Shown here piece by piece: positions 55,905 to 64,000 of a DNA stretch of 64,000 nt. This DNA is from Vicinamibacterales bacterium. GTDB taxonomy: Bacteria > Acidobacteriota > Vicinamibacteria > Vicinamibacterales > 2-12-FULL-66-21. The notes below the pieces were generated by a model that did not search any database, was not told where the DNA came from, and saw nothing but the letters and a program-made list of their open reading frames with translations. The stretch is from positions 21,822 through 85,821 of the forward strand of contig JBMDXQ010000085.1 of NCBI GenBank assembly GCA_048594975.1. The letters are read 5' to 3'. Numbering within the stretch: the first letter of the stretch is position 1; each line of letters opens with the position of its first letter. Both the position numbers and the translations under genes were made by a program.

Positions 55905-55933
55905 ATTCTACCCACGACCCGGACGAGGGTCAA
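55905..55933 (-). promoter_or_regulatory. Sigma70 promoter of the actABE / bd-like operon
   Basis: Minus strand TTGACC-N17-TAGAAT. Confidence 0.7.
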
Positions 55934-56078
55934 GCGCGCCTGCCGGAGAATCGAGCACGCCGCGACGCCCTGCTAAGGTAATCTGACCCGAAGTCCTCGC
56001 CCCCGTCGCCTCCGAGTGGAAGGCCACGAGGCCGACCCGTCTCTCTGCGGCGCGTTCTGCGCGGCCCGCGACGATGAC

Positions 56079-57038
56079 ATGAACGCGATCGCGCTCTCCG
56101 GTGTGACCAAACGCTTCAACGGCACCGTGGCCGTCGACGACCTGACCCTCGCCGTGCCGGAGGAATGCATCTACGGCTTCATCGGTCCGAACGGGTCGGG
56201 GAAGACGACGACGCTGCGGATGATCATGCACATCCTGCTGCCCGACCGCGGCGAGATCGAGGTGCTCGGGTCGCGCGACACCGCGGCGGCGCGCGACCGC
56301 GTCAGCTACCTGCCCGAGGAGCGCGGCCTCTACAAGAAGATGACCGTCCGCCGGCTGCTGCGCTACTACGGCCGGCTCAAGGGGCGGAGGGTTGCGGACA
56401 TCGACCGTGCCATCGAGGAGTGGATGGCACGGATGGAGCTCCCCGGGCTGCTCGACCGGCACGTCGAGACGCTCTCCAAGGGGATGTCACAGAAAGTGCA
56501 GTTCGTGGCGGCGGTGGTGTCGGAGCCCTCGCTGCTCATCCTCGACGAGCCGTTCTCAGGGCTCGATCCGGTGAACGCCCAGGTGCTCAAGGACGCCGTG
56601 CTGGAGATCCGCCGGCGCGGCACGACGGTCGTCTTCAGCACCCACGACATGGCCACCGCCGAGCGGATGTGCGACCGCATCTTCATGATCTTCCGGGGCC
56701 GTAAGGTGCTCGACGGGACGCTTCACGACATCCAGCAGCAGTACGGCGCCGACACCGTGCGCGTGCGCACGGCGGCTGGCCTGGGGGCGCTCGCCGGGCT
56801 CCCGGAGGTCGATTCGGTCAACGACTTCGGCCAGCTGCAGGAAGTCAGGCTCAGGGGGGACGCGCAGTCGCTGCTCGCCCGACTCGTGCAGCGTACCAGT
56901 GTCTTTCACTTCGAGGTCACTCGCCCGTCGCTGCACGACGTCTTCGTCCGCATCGCCCGGCCGCCTGAGCAGGAGACGGGAGCACAGGAGGCAGGAGGCA
57001 GGAGGCATGAGACCGGGCGAGGCGTGTCCTCTGTCTGA
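56079..57038 (+). CDS. ABC transporter ATP-binding protein (NatA/YhaQ-like)
   Basis: GPNGSGKT; LSKGM; ILDEPFSGLDP; STH; C-terminal PSLHDVF. Confidence 0.93.
   Translation: MNAIALSGVTKRFNGTVAVDDLTLAVPEECIYGFIGPNGSGKTTTLRMIMHILLPDRGEIEVLGSRDTAAARDRVSYLPEERGLYKKMTVRRLLRYYGRLKGRRVADIDRAIEEWMARMELPGLLDRHVETLSKGMSQKVQFVAAVVSEPSLLILDEPFSGLDPVNAQVLKDAVLEIRRRGTTVVFSTHDMATAERMCDRIFMIFRGRKVLDGTLHDIQQQYGADTVRVRTAAGLGALAGLPEVDSVNDFGQLQEVRLRGDAQSLLARLVQRTSVFHFEVTRPSLHDVFVRIARPPEQETGAQEAGGRRHETGRGVSSV
56985..57005 (+). repeat. Heptamer tandem repeat (CAGGAGG)x3
   Basis: Direct reading; lies in the ATPase C-terminal tail. Confidence 0.65.
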
Positions 57039-57104
57039 CACGCCTGAGAGCACCCGGCACGAATCGGCCTGTCGCCTGTCTCCTGACATTCTGGCGAGGA
57101 TCAC

Positions 57105-58397
57105 ATGCACAAGACCCGAATCGTCGCGCAGGCGGAGTTCGCCACCCTGGTGCGGAGCAAGGCGTTCCTCATCACCCTGGTTCTGATGCCGGTCGTGATG
57201 GTCGGCTCGGTCCTGGTGATCCGCCTGACCAAGGACACGGCCGACATGCGGGAGCGCAGGTTCGCCTACGTCGACCGCTCGGGGTTGCTCGGTCCGGCGC
57301 TCGAGGCCGCGGCACAAGAACGGATCGACACCGCGGAGCGCGAGGGACGCACGGTGACCCGGTTCGTTCCGATCGCGGTCGATCCGGGCGGCCGGAGCAT
57401 CGAGGAGCTGCGCCTCGAGCTGTCGGATCGAGTGCGCCGCCAGGAGCTGTTTGCCTTCGTGGAGATCCCGCCGGACGTGCTCAGGCCGGAGGGGACGGCC
57501 GGCGTGCGCTACCACTCGGATCACCCGTCGTACGAGGCGTTGCCCAACTGGCTGCGCACGGCGATCAGCCGGGCGATTCTGAACGAGCGGTTCCGGACGG
57601 CCGGCGTCGACCGGCGCACCGCGGAGCGGCTCACCCGGCAGGCGCCGGTCGAGCAGCTCGGGCTCTTCGACCGCGACGCCGCGGGGCGGGTTACAGAGGC
57701 GCGGCAGGTCGATCAGGTGCGCGCGTTCGTAGTACCCGGGGTCCTGCTCGGACTGATGTACATCACGATCATGTCGAGCGCGCCGCAGCTGCTCAACAGC
57801 GTGATTGAGGAGAAGATGAGCCGCATCAGCGAGGTGTTGATCGCGTCGGTGACGCCATTCCAGCTGATGATGGGCAAGCTGACGGGCAGCGCCGGCGTGT
57901 CGTTCCTGCTCGCCCTCATCTACGTCGCCGGTGGGCTCGGCGTCGCCGGCTACAACGGATACCTGTCGGCCGTGACGCCGGCGATGCTCGCCTGGTTCGC
58001 GCTGTTCCTGCTGCTGGCGGTGTTCATCTTCGGCTCCATCTTCATCGCGATCGGCGCCGCCTGTACGGATCTGAAGGACTCGCAGAACATGATGACGCCG
58101 GTGATGCTGCTGGTGATGCTGCCGCTCTTCACCTGGGCGGCCATCCTGCGCGCGCCGGACGGGATGCTGGCCATCGGGCTCTCCCTGCTCCCCACCGCCG
58201 CGCCGTTCCTGATGCTGCTGCGCATCGCGCTGCAGCCCGGCCCGCCGCTCTGGCAGGTCCTGCTGAGCGTGGCAATCATGGCGGGCTTCACGGTCGTCTG
58301 CGTGTGGGCCGCCGGCAGGATCTTCCGCACCGGCCTGCTCATGCAGGGCAAGTCGGCCACGGTGCCGGAGATGATCAGGTGGGTCAGGGCTGGATAG
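57105..58397 (+). CDS. ABC-2 type permease (NatB/YhaP-like)
   Basis: VRSKAFLITL; SVIEEKMSRISEVLIASV; QLMMGKL. Confidence 0.92.
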   Translation: MHKTRIVAQAEFATLVRSKAFLITLVLMPVVMVGSVLVIRLTKDTADMRERRFAYVDRSGLLGPALEAAAQERIDTAEREGRTVTRFVPIAVDPGGRSIEELRLELSDRVRRQELFAFVEIPPDVLRPEGTAGVRYHSDHPSYEALPNWLRTAISRAILNERFRTAGVDRRTAERLTRQAPVEQLGLFDRDAAGRVTEARQVDQVRAFVVPGVLLGLMYITIMSSAPQLLNSVIEEKMSRISEVLIASVTPFQLMMGKLTGSAGVSFLLALIYVAGGLGVAGYNGYLSAVTPAMLAWFALFLLLAVFIFGSIFIAIGAACTDLKDSQNMMTPVMLLVMLPLFTWAAILRAPDGMLAIGLSLLPTAAPFLMLLRIALQPGPPLWQVLLSVAIMAGFTVVCVWAAGRIFRTGLLMQGKSATVPEMIRWVRAG

Positions 58398-58408
58398 TGC
58401 GCAGTGTC

Positions 58409-58440
58409 AATGCTGAATGCTGAATACTGAATGCCGAATG
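58409..58440. repeat. Heptamer tandem repeat (AATGCTG)x4.5
   Basis: AATGCTG AATGCTG AATACTG AATGCCG AATG between convergent genes. Confidence 0.75.
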
Positions 58441-58466
58441 AGTAATCCCGAACGCGTGATGCCGAA

Positions 58467-59447
58467 CTATCGTTTCATCAACATGTCCGCGTTCCCTGCA
58501 AAGATCCTTCGTTTCACCTCGTCGCCGGCGTCCAGCTCGCGAATCGTGTCAATCATCAGCGGGATGCTGCCGATCTGGTGCGGGTAGTCGCTGCCGGCGA
58601 GGATGCGGTCGGGCCCTGCGAAGTCCAGGGCCAGGCGCAGGGCGGCGGGGCTGAAGTTCACGGTGTCGAGGTAGAACGTCCGCAGGTAGTCGCTCGGCGG
58701 CCGCGAGATGTGGCGCCGGCATTCGGCAAACGCGCGATACCCGCGGTCGAGGCGTTCGGCGAGGTAGGGAATCGCGCCGCCCATGTGCGTGAGCACCCAG
58801 CGGATGCGCGGGTAGCGATCCACCACGCCGCTGAATACCAGCGTCGCGGCGGCCAGCGTCGTGTCCATCGGGAATCCCACGAGCGGCATCAGCCAGTAGT
58901 CCATCATTGTCTCGACCCCGGCGGGATCCGTGGGGTGGATATAGATGACCGCGCCGAGCTCGTCCGCCCGCTTCCACAGCGGCTCGTAGCGCGGGTCGGC
59001 AAGCGCGACGCGGTTCACGTTGCTGAACACCATCGCGCCGGCCAGCTTCAGCCGCTGCACCGCCCGTTCGAGCTCCGCCACCGACGCGGCAGGATCGTTC
59101 AGCGGCAGCGTGGCCAGCGCGGCGAACCGTCCCTTGCCGGTCCGCACGACCCGGGCGAAGGCGTCGTTGATGCGCCGCGCCATCTCCACGGCGAACCCTG
59201 GCGGCTCCACGTGCACCCCGGGCGTGGTGAACGTGAGCACCTGGGTGGCGACGCCGTGCTCGTCGAGGACGCGCTGCCGGTACTCGATGTCGCGGTGGCC
59301 GGGGACGAGGATGTTGTAGTCGCCCGGGTAGTGCACGCAGGGGTTGCCGTGCTCGTCGTAGGTCACGCGCACGCGCGAGGCGGACGTCTTCAGCGCCTCC
59401 ACGTACTCGGGCGGGTAGTAGTGGTTATGGAAGTCGACGATCCGCAT
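58467..59447 (-). CDS. Amidohydrolase_2 family protein (ACMSD/decarboxylase-like)
   Basis: DFHNH; IYIHP; THMGG; GSDYPH. Confidence 0.9.
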   Translation of the reverse strand: MRIVDFHNHYYPPEYVEALKTSASRVRVTYDEHGNPCVHYPGDYNILVPGHRDIEYRQRVLDEHGVATQVLTFTTPGVHVEPPGFAVEMARRINDAFARVVRTGKGRFAALATLPLNDPAASVAELERAVQRLKLAGAMVFSNVNRVALADPRYEPLWKRADELGAVIYIHPTDPAGVETMMDYWLMPLVGFPMDTTLAAATLVFSGVVDRYPRIRWVLTHMGGAIPYLAERLDRGYRAFAECRRHISRPPSDYLRTFYLDTVNFSPAALRLALDFAGPDRILAGSDYPHQIGSIPLMIDTIRELDAGDEVKRRIFAGNADMLMKR

Positions 59448-60735
59448 GCCGCAGATAGTAGATCGGGACGCCGATCGCGACCATGCCGAGCCCGAGCGCC
59501 GCATCGGCTGGATCGCGGACGACCTGGTTGGCGACGATCGCGAGCGACGCCGCGACGAACACGATGGGCACGATCGGGTAACCCCAGGCGTGGTAGCGCG
59601 GCGCGTATCCCAGACGGCGGCGCAGCACGAACAGGCCGGCTGCCATCAGCGCGAAGAAGATCCACTCCGTATAGATCACGCGCGTGAACAGCTGGCGGTA
59701 GGCGCCGGTCGCGGCGAGCACGCTCGCCCACACCGCCTGTGCGACGATCGCGTTCGACGGCGTGCGGTAGACGGGATGGACCGCCCCGAGCCAGCGGAAC
59801 GCGAGCCCGTCGCGCGCCATCGAGTAGTACACGCGCGGCCCGGTGAGGACGATCCCGGCGAGGCCCCCGAACGACGACATCATGACCAGGCCGGCGAGGA
59901 TGGCGGACCCGCCGCGGCCGACCAGCACGTCGGCAGCGTCCGCCGCGATGCGCGTGGACGACTTGACGGCATCGAGGGGCAGCGCCGCGAGGTACACGAG
60001 GTTGAGCGCGATGTAGCAGGCCGTCACGATTCCGACACCCGCCAGCAGCGCCAGCGGAATCGTCCGCGCCGGCGCCATCGTCTCGCCCGCGGTGTAGGTG
60101 ACCATGTGCCACCCCCCGTAGGCGAACAGGCCCGCCACCATGGCGAGCAGGAAATCCGAAAAGGATGCTGCCTCCTTTGCGGGAAAGGAAACAGCCCCCT
60201 TTTCAGTGGCGGCCGGGGACAGGGCAAGACCTGCGATCACGATGGCGAGAATTGCCACCAGCTTGGCAGCCGTCAACGCCGTCTGCACGCGGCTGCCGGC
60301 CTTCACCCCGACGTAGTTCAGCGCCGACAGGCCGGCGATCACCGCCACCGCGACGCCGCGGATGCCCGCTTCGCCGAGCGGCACGACGTGCGCCGCGTAG
60401 CGCGCGAACACCACCGCGATCGCCGCGATGATTCCGGCGTGCATCGTCCAGAACATCGCCCAGCCCCAGAGGAACCCGGCGAGCGGCGAGAACGTGTCGC
60501 GCATGAACACGTAGACACCGCCGGTCTGCGGAAACGCCGACGCCAGCTCCGCGCACACGAGCGCGCCGAAGAAGGTCAGGACGCCGCACGCCGTCCAGAC
60601 GAGCATGATCTGTCCGGGCGTGTGGAGGTAACGGGCGATCTCGGACGGCTGCACGAAGATCGAGGCGCCGATGATCGTGCCGACGACCATCGCCGTCGCG
60701 TTCGTGACGGTGAGGGAACGGGCGAGATCGGCCAT
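59425..60735 (-). CDS. APC family amino acid permease
   Basis: VVGTIIGASIF; AELASAFPQTGG; FAYGGW; RVYYSMARDG. Confidence 0.93.
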   Translation of the reverse strand: MADLARSLTVTNATAMVVGTIIGASIFVQPSEIARYLHTPGQIMLVWTACGVLTFFGALVCAELASAFPQTGGVYVFMRDTFSPLAGFLWGWAMFWTMHAGIIAAIAVVFARYAAHVVPLGEAGIRGVAVAVIAGLSALNYVGVKAGSRVQTALTAAKLVAILAIVIAGLALSPAATEKGAVSFPAKEAASFSDFLLAMVAGLFAYGGWHMVTYTAGETMAPARTIPLALLAGVGIVTACYIALNLVYLAALPLDAVKSSTRIAADAADVLVGRGGSAILAGLVMMSSFGGLAGIVLTGPRVYYSMARDGLAFRWLGAVHPVYRTPSNAIVAQAVWASVLAATGAYRQLFTRVIYTEWIFFALMAAGLFVLRRRLGYAPRYHAWGYPIVPIVFVAASLAIVANQVVRDPADAALGLGMVAIGVPIYYLRHADRRLP

Positions 60736-60772
60736 CGGTGCGGCGGATTCTGCGCGACCGTGTCGGGCGTCG

Positions 60773-61149
60773 TCAACGGCCGGCCACGACCCCGGCCTGG
60801 GAGGTGGCGAATTGGCGCTCTTCAGCGGCCTGATGAGCTACCCGCCAAAGGCGCCCGGCGAGGTCCTTGAACCGCCGCCGGCTCACCTCGAGGCGACCGC
60901 CGTTGCGCAAGCGCACCTCGCCATGGCCGCCCGCGTCGGGCACGACCTCGGTCACGGCGTCGAGGTTGACGATCGAGGCGCGGGAGATTCGTGCCTCCAG
61001 GGCAGCAGCAGGACCAGCGGGAGCGCGGTTGTCGCATGGATCCAGGGCGCGGCGCCGCCGCCGGCGACCCGCTGGACCGGCGGCACGACGATCGCGAAGA
61101 ATCCCACGAGCGCCACCAGCGTCTGGAACAGCGAGAGCCTCCGCTTCAC
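60773..61149 (-). pseudogene. Probable remnant: membrane protein N-terminus fused out of frame to a LytTR C-terminal fragment
   Basis: RISRASIVNLDAVTEV...EVRLRNGGRLEVSRRRFKDL lacks its N-terminus; the upstream TM-rich ORF is in another frame. Confidence 0.6.
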
Positions 61150-61327
61150 CAGACTCCCAGCGCGATCATGCGGTGAGCATACGGATGCGGGAGGGGGTGC
61201 CGGAAGCGGAATCGGACCGGCGGTGGATCGGGCGCGTGCGCGGCGTCATGCGGCGGATGAACGGCGGCGCGGCGACCTTGCGGGAAAGCTGTTGCGAAGC
61301 ACGCGGACGCAACACTAGCATCCGGTC

Positions 61328-63217
61328 ATGGTGAAGCCATACATCGCGTGGCGGCTGGCGCCGGCCGTGCTGCTCGTCGCGGCGCTGGCACCTGCGCAGG
61401 ATGTTCCATCCGATCGGACCATTCAATACACGATTTCTTTTCCCGCACCCGAACATCATTACGCGCAGGTCGACGTCGTCTTTCCGGGGGTGGCGCGCGG
61501 CGCTGCACTCGAGATGCGCATGAGCAGGTCCTCGCCCGGGCGCTACGCGGTGCACGAGTTCGCGAAGAACGTGTTCGATCTCCAGGCGTTCGACGGCAGC
61601 GGCACCCCGCTGCCGGTCACGCGTCCGGCCGCCTCGCAGTGGAACGTGGCCGGGCACGACGGCAGCGTGCGCGTCGCCTACAAGGTGTTCGGCAACCGCG
61701 TCGACGGCACCTACGTCGGGATCGACACCTCACACGCGCACATCAACATGCCGGCAACGCTGCTGTGGGCGCGCGGCCTCGAGACGCGTCCGTCGCGCCT
61801 GACGTTCAGGCCGCCCGCCGGCTCGACCTGGAAGGTGGCGACGCAGCTCTACCCCACGGGCGATCAGCGGACGTTCACCGCGCCGAACCTGCAGTACTTG
61901 ATGGACAGCCCGGCGGAGCTGAGCGACTTCTCCGTGCGCAGCTTCAAGGTGCGCAATCCGGACGGCCGGGAGCTCACCATCCGCACCGCGATCCACCACG
62001 AGTCGGACGAAGCGGCGATCGACGAATACGCTGCCGCCACAGAGAGGATCGTCCGCGAGGCCGCCGCGGTGTTCGGCGAGTACCCGGAGTTCGAGACCGG
62101 CACCTACACGTTTCTCGGCGATTACCTGCCGTGGGGCGGCGGCGACGGCATGGAGCACCGCAACAGCACGGTGGTTGCCGCGCCGGTGTCGCTGCGCGGG
62201 CGGAACGTGCGCGGAGTGCTCGGGACGGTGGCGCACGAGTTCTTCCACGCGTGGAACGTCGAGCGCATCCGGCCGAGATCGCTCGAGCCGTTCGACTTCG
62301 AGGACGAAAACGTCTCGGGCGAGTTGTGGCTGGCCGAAGGCTTCACCTCCTATTACGGCAACCTCCTGATGATGCGCACCGGGCTCTGGACGTTGCCGCG
62401 GCTGGTCAACTCGATCAGCGGCGCACTGAACGAGGTGGTCAACGGGTCGGGGCGCCGGTTCCGCTCGGCGGTCGGGATGAGCGAGTGGGCGCCCTTCGCC
62501 GACGGCGCGCGTTCGATCGACCAGACGAACGAGGGCTACACGTTCATCTCGTACTACACGTACGGCGCGGCGATCGCGCTGGCGCTGGATCTCTCGCTCC
62601 GCGACCGCTCGAACGGGCGCGTCACGCTCGACGACTACATGCGCGCGCTGTGGCAGGCGCACGGCAGGCCAGCCGCTGCGCAGCCGGGGTTGGCGGCAAA
62701 GCCGTACACGCTGCAGGACCTGCGCGGCCGGCTCGCCGACGTTTCCGGCGATCGCGCGTTTGCCGACGATTTCTTCGACAGGTACATCGAGGGGCGAGAG
62801 GTCGCGGAGTACGTCCGACTGCTCGCCCGGGCCGGCATCCTCGTGCGCCGGCAGAATCCCGGCGCCGCCTGGAGTGGCCTCGAACACGCGATGCGCGGCG
62901 AGGAGCCCGGTCGTGTCGGCTCGCTCCTCGAATGGGGGACGCCGGCGTTCGACGCCGGCCTGGAGCTGGGAGACGTCATCGCCTCGCTCGACGGCCGGCC
63001 CTTCTCCGGCACCGTCTCGCAGGCTCTCGGGCAGCGCAAACCGGGCGATCGCGTGATGATCGAGTTCCGCCGTCCGACGGGCGCCAGCGTGAAGGCGGTC
63101 ATGACCCTCCGCGACGATCCTCGGCTCGACGCCGTCGCGGTGGAGTCGGTCGGCGGTACGCTCACGGCCGCGCAGCAGGCCTTTCGCGACGCCTGGCTGG
63201 GATCGAAAGTCCGGTGA
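61328..63217 (+). CDS. M61 family metallopeptidase with PDZ domain
   Basis: GMEHRNS; AHEFFHAWN; LWLAEGFTSYY; TPAFDAGLELGDVI (PDZ). Confidence 0.94.
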   Translation: MVKPYIAWRLAPAVLLVAALAPAQDVPSDRTIQYTISFPAPEHHYAQVDVVFPGVARGAALEMRMSRSSPGRYAVHEFAKNVFDLQAFDGSGTPLPVTRPAASQWNVAGHDGSVRVAYKVFGNRVDGTYVGIDTSHAHINMPATLLWARGLETRPSRLTFRPPAGSTWKVATQLYPTGDQRTFTAPNLQYLMDSPAELSDFSVRSFKVRNPDGRELTIRTAIHHESDEAAIDEYAAATERIVREAAAVFGEYPEFETGTYTFLGDYLPWGGGDGMEHRNSTVVAAPVSLRGRNVRGVLGTVAHEFFHAWNVERIRPRSLEPFDFEDENVSGELWLAEGFTSYYGNLLMMRTGLWTLPRLVNSISGALNEVVNGSGRRFRSAVGMSEWAPFADGARSIDQTNEGYTFISYYTYGAAIALALDLSLRDRSNGRVTLDDYMRALWQAHGRPAAAQPGLAAKPYTLQDLRGRLADVSGDRAFADDFFDRYIEGREVAEYVRLLARAGILVRRQNPGAAWSGLEHAMRGEEPGRVGSLLEWGTPAFDAGLELGDVIASLDGRPFSGTVSQALGQRKPGDRVMIEFRRPTGASVKAVMTLRDDPRLDAVAVESVGGTLTAAQQAFRDAWLGSKVR

Positions 63218-63265
63218 GCGCTGCGGAGAGGAAGTGCGGCGTGCACGGCTCGGTTGCTCCGTCTG

Positions 63266-64000
63266 ATGGTGGCGATGGCCACGCAGGCTGACGGTCGCGA
63301 GCTGCCGGTCTACCGCGTCAGTCATGCGGTCGACGCGATCCGCGTCGACGGCACCCTCGACGAGCGCAGCTGGGAGCTGGCGCCGCGTATCCGCGAGTTC
63401 CGCCACATCTACGATCCGGCGCGCGTGCCGAAGTTCCCGACCGCGGCCGCCCTGGTGTGGGACGCCGGCCGTCTGTACATCGCGTTCGAGTGCGCCGACG
63501 CCGAGCCTTGGGGCCGCCAGTCGCGCCGCGACGATCGGCTGTGGGAAGAAGAGGTCGTCGAGGTCTTCCTCGATCCCGATGGCGACGGCCGCAACTACGC
63601 CGAGCTCGAGGTCAGCCCGAACAACGTCGTCGTGGACCTGCTGCTGCCCCGGCCGCGGTCGGATCTCGAGTCGGCGCTCCGCTGGGACATTGCCGGATTG
63701 CAGACGGCAGTCCGGCGGAACGAAACAGGATGGACCGCGGAAATCGCGATTCCGTGGGCGAGCCTCGCCGCCGCCGGCGCGGCCGATCCGCCCAGGGCGG
63801 GCGTTCGATGGCGCGCCGGCCTGTACCGCATCAAGCGCCCCGGTGGTGCGGCGAAGGCTGACGCGATTACGCGGCTGGAGGGGGAAAAACGGCGCGCGGC
63901 ACCCGCCCAGCTGAACCAACTGGAGCAGCGGCTTCACGCGCTGCGCGCCGATGACGAGTTCACGGCCTGGTCTCTGACGCGGCCGGAGCGCGGCTTCCAC
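63266..64000 (+). CDS. Carbohydrate-binding family 9-like (DOMON-like) protein, partial
   Basis: Hand translation: IRVDGTLDERSW...WDAGRLYIAFEC...VEVFLDPDGDGRNYAELEVSP...WTAEIAIPW; runs off the window; start uncertain. Confidence 0.8.
   Translation, partial: MVAMATQADGRELPVYRVSHAVDAIRVDGTLDERSWELAPRIREFRHIYDPARVPKFPTAAALVWDAGRLYIAFECADAEPWGRQSRRDDRLWEEEVVEVFLDPDGDGRNYAELEVSPNNVVVDLLLPRPRSDLESALRWDIAGLQTAVRRNETGWTAEIAIPWASLAAAGAADPPRAGVRWRAGLYRIKRPGGAAKADAITRLEGEKRRAAPAQLNQLEQRLHALRADDEFTAWSLTRPERGFH

Noticed and set aside
58409-58440. Possible CRISPR array
   Set aside because: Contiguous 7-mers without spacers; no cas genes or regularly spaced 25-40 bp repeats were seen anywhere in the window.
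61166-61657. 163-aa minus-strand ORF
   Set aside because: Overlaps the M61 peptidase start in antisense and has no recognisable motif.

Overview
High-GC bacterial chromosomal window. The taxon is inferred as Acidobacteriota, probably Vicinamibacteria-like, from an ADOP-type permease and typical small hypothetical genes and repeats. About 40 kb is respiratory. (1) 9.2-22.5 kb: a complete, canonical Alternative Complex III + A2-type caa3 oxidase operon (actABCDEF(G)-sco-coxBAC-cox4), with a Rex/CRP-like palindrome between its -35 and -10 boxes. (2) 25.5-55.9 kb: a second respiratory block whose ACIII is split between two convergent operons. The plus-strand operon carries FAD monooxygenase-actCDF-cupredoxin-like gene-A1-type oxidase. 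The minus-strand operon carries actABE, an orphan CydA-like (bd-like) subunit without cydB, three c-type cytochrome genes, a USP/Zn-ribbon/3xPCP_red protein, a GNAT, then Mrp, a CxxC-PCP_red protein and an AhbD/NirJ-like radical SAM-PCP_red. An ECF sigma/Ser-Thr kinase cassette interrupts this operon. The most promising undescribed system is this bd-like oxidase module plus its apparent maturation cluster, linked by five copies of one small PCP_red-like domain in three proteins. Flanking genes: clpS-clpA, an MBL hydrolase, MacAB-like and NatAB-like ABC systems, an APC permease, an amidohydrolase, a LytTR remnant, an M61 peptidase and a CBM9-like protein. Several REP/MITE-like palindromes sit in frame inside genes. 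No rRNA, tRNA, CRISPR array or transposase was seen. All family calls come from motif recognition by eye, with no database searches.
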